Virus record (IMG/VR): IMGVR_UViG_3300032087_005129
DNA from: a virus
DNA length: 64,000 bases
Reading direction: 5' to 3' (one strand)
Below, one piece after another: positions 60,411 through 64,000 of the stretch. Within the stretch, counting starts at the first letter, position 1; each line of letters starts with the position of its first letter. The notes under the pieces were generated by a model. It did no database searches and was not told the DNA's origin. It was given only the letters and a program-made list of their open reading frames with translations. The translations under genes and the position numbers were made by a program.

Positions 60411-61328
60411 ATGGGCACCAATCACTTTTTTAATCATTTTAATAACTCAGATGAACAACGCCTAATTGAAGATATTGTCGCAGAGATGATTAAATATGGT
60501 GGTGTGGATTGTTTCTACATGCCAAGAACATTTGTTGACATTGATACCATCTTTGGTGAAGACCTAGTATCACAATTTAACGATGCGTTTCCTCTTGAGT
60601 TATATGTTTCAAGTGTTGATGGTTTTGAAGGTGATGGAGACTTCATATCAAAGTTTGGGTTAGAGGTTCGAGACACAGTAAAACTCATACTATCAAAGTA
60701 CAGGTTTAATCAAGAAACAGGTAGAGACAAACCACAAGAGGGTGATCTCATTTTCTTTCCTTTCAACGATGGAATTTTTGAGATTAAGTTTGTCGAGGAT
60801 GAAGTACCTTTCTATCAGTTTGGTCAAAACTATGTCTTTGAAATATCGTGCGAATTGTTTACACCAAGTCAAGAAGACTTCGATACTGGCCTTGATGAAA
60901 TTGATGACATCATTAACGAAGAGCAATTCAATCTTACACTTCTTCTAGACTCAACAACAGGCAACAACGTAGGTTTCGAAAAAGGTCAAATTGTTTATCA
61001 GTTTCCTGCAGGCGGTGCCACTGGTGCTACAAGCACAGACTCAGCACAAGCAGAAATCTTCTCTGTTCTAGGCACTGGAGCCACAACAACAGAACTCACT
61101 CTTATAGATACTAAGGGTCTTTGGAAAGCAGGACTCAGCGGTGCGAGCATGTTCCATGTGGCAACTGTAGACAATACATCTTTCAGAGGTATTACGGGTA
61201 TCGTAAGAAGTCTAGAGGTTACAGGAGCAGGCAACGCAATTACATCAGATGCAGACAACCAGTTTATTGAGGAGTATGCGGATAGTTTTGTAGACTTTAC
61301 AGATACTAATCCGTTTGGAACATTCTAA
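60411..61328 (+). CDS. gp14: Neck protein gp14
   Basis: EQ.L.ED...E.IK..G....Y.PR, GF.G.GD..SKFGL, P.EGDLI.FP, FEIKFVE, DF...NPFG. Confidence 0.95.
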   Translation: MGTNHFFNHFNNSDEQRLIEDIVAEMIKYGGVDCFYMPRTFVDIDTIFGEDLVSQFNDAFPLELYVSSVDGFEGDGDFISKFGLEVRDTVKLILSKYRFNQETGRDKPQEGDLIFFPFNDGIFEIKFVEDEVPFYQFGQNYVFEISCELFTPSQEDFDTGLDEIDDIINEEQFNLTLLLDSTTGNNVGFEKGQIVYQFPAGGATGATSTDSAQAEIFSVLGTGATTTELTLIDTKGLWKAGLSGASMFHVATVDNTSFRGITGIVRSLEVTGAGNAITSDADNQFIEEYADSFVDFTDTNPFGTF

Positions 61329-62114
61329 TGTTTGGACAATCACAAGCCTTTTATCATAGCACTATACGAAAAGCAGTTGCCGGTTTTGGTACTCTGTTCA
61401 ACGATATCTACATAAAAAGATTTAACACTGATGGCACAGAAAAAGAAAGATTCAAGATACCTCTAGCGTATGCTGCAAAACAAAAGTTTATACAAAAACT
61501 TCGACCAACTACAGGCCAATTAAAGTTTTCTTTGCCCCGAATGGGTTTTGAAGTCAGTTCAATGACTTACGATCCTCTTAGAAAACTGAACACTCTTCAA
61601 AAACGTGTATCTTACGATAGCAACACGCAAATGAACTTTCGCCATGAGAGAGTGCCTTACGATGTTGAATTTAATTTATACATCGCTGCAAACAATATTG
61701 ATGATGGCTTGCAGATACTTGAACAAATACTACCTTTCTTCTCACCAGAGTTTACTTTGACATTTAACTCTTTAGATGGTCTTGACGAAAAAACTGATTT
61801 ACCAATTACACTTACTGGTGTCACATTCGAGGATAATTATGAGGGTGGTTTTGAAGAAGATAGACTGATTACCATATCTCTCTCGTTTTCTGCGAAAGTA
61901 TTCCTTGCTGGCCCCGCTAAGAAATCTGAGGTCATTCGAACTGCGATTGTTGATATCAACGAGTTTAAAGATGAGTTTACAACCGCATCTGGTACCACAC
62001 ACTCGATACTTGAAAAGATCACTGTTGGACTTACGACTGGCATTACATCAGGACTCGGACTTGAAGTTGGGGCAACAGCACCTTATGTTATTACTATAGA
62101 GAATTATCAAACCG

Positions 62115-62131
<17 letters not shown>
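61328..62131 (+). CDS. gp15: Tail sheath stabiliser/completion protein gp15
   Basis: FYH.TIRK.V..FGTLFN.I, PLAY..KQKF, LPRM.FE, D.LQI.EQILPFF.P. Confidence 0.95.

Positions 62132-64000
<1,869 letters not shown>

Overview
AT-rich, gene-dense 64 kb segment of a large T4-like myophage (marine, Kyanoviridae-like gene order); no cellular housekeeping genes are present. About 1-15 kb holds replication and nucleotide genes: primase gp61, thyX, class II nrdJ, an HNH-like gene, rnh, a RuvC-like resolvase, an atypical tRNA-Ile(UAU), hsp20 with a ROSE-like leader, a denV-like gene, an exonuclease, gp33, gp59 and gp32. About 15-64 kb is tail, baseplate, neck and packaging: tape-measure-like gene, gp51, gp26, gp54, gp2, gp4, gp48, gp53, gp5, PAAR, gp25, gp6, gp7, gp8, fibres, gp13-gp16 and the start of gp17. 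Two accessory islands stand out. (1) Between PAAR and gp25 lie a G-x-T collagen fibre, two paralogous beta-helix proteins, two secreted proteins ending in a Phycisphaerales-type dockerin-like motif, and a PEP-CTERM (IPAPG variant) protein; this suggests a planctomycete host and phage-encoded host-surface proteins. (2) A seven-gene sugar-activation/glycosyltransferase cassette sits between two fibre genes. Together with a G-x-[T/S]-[G/A] motif recurring through almost all virion proteins, it points to a candidate virion-wide O-glycosylation system. All family assignments come from motif recognition by eye; no database searches were run.
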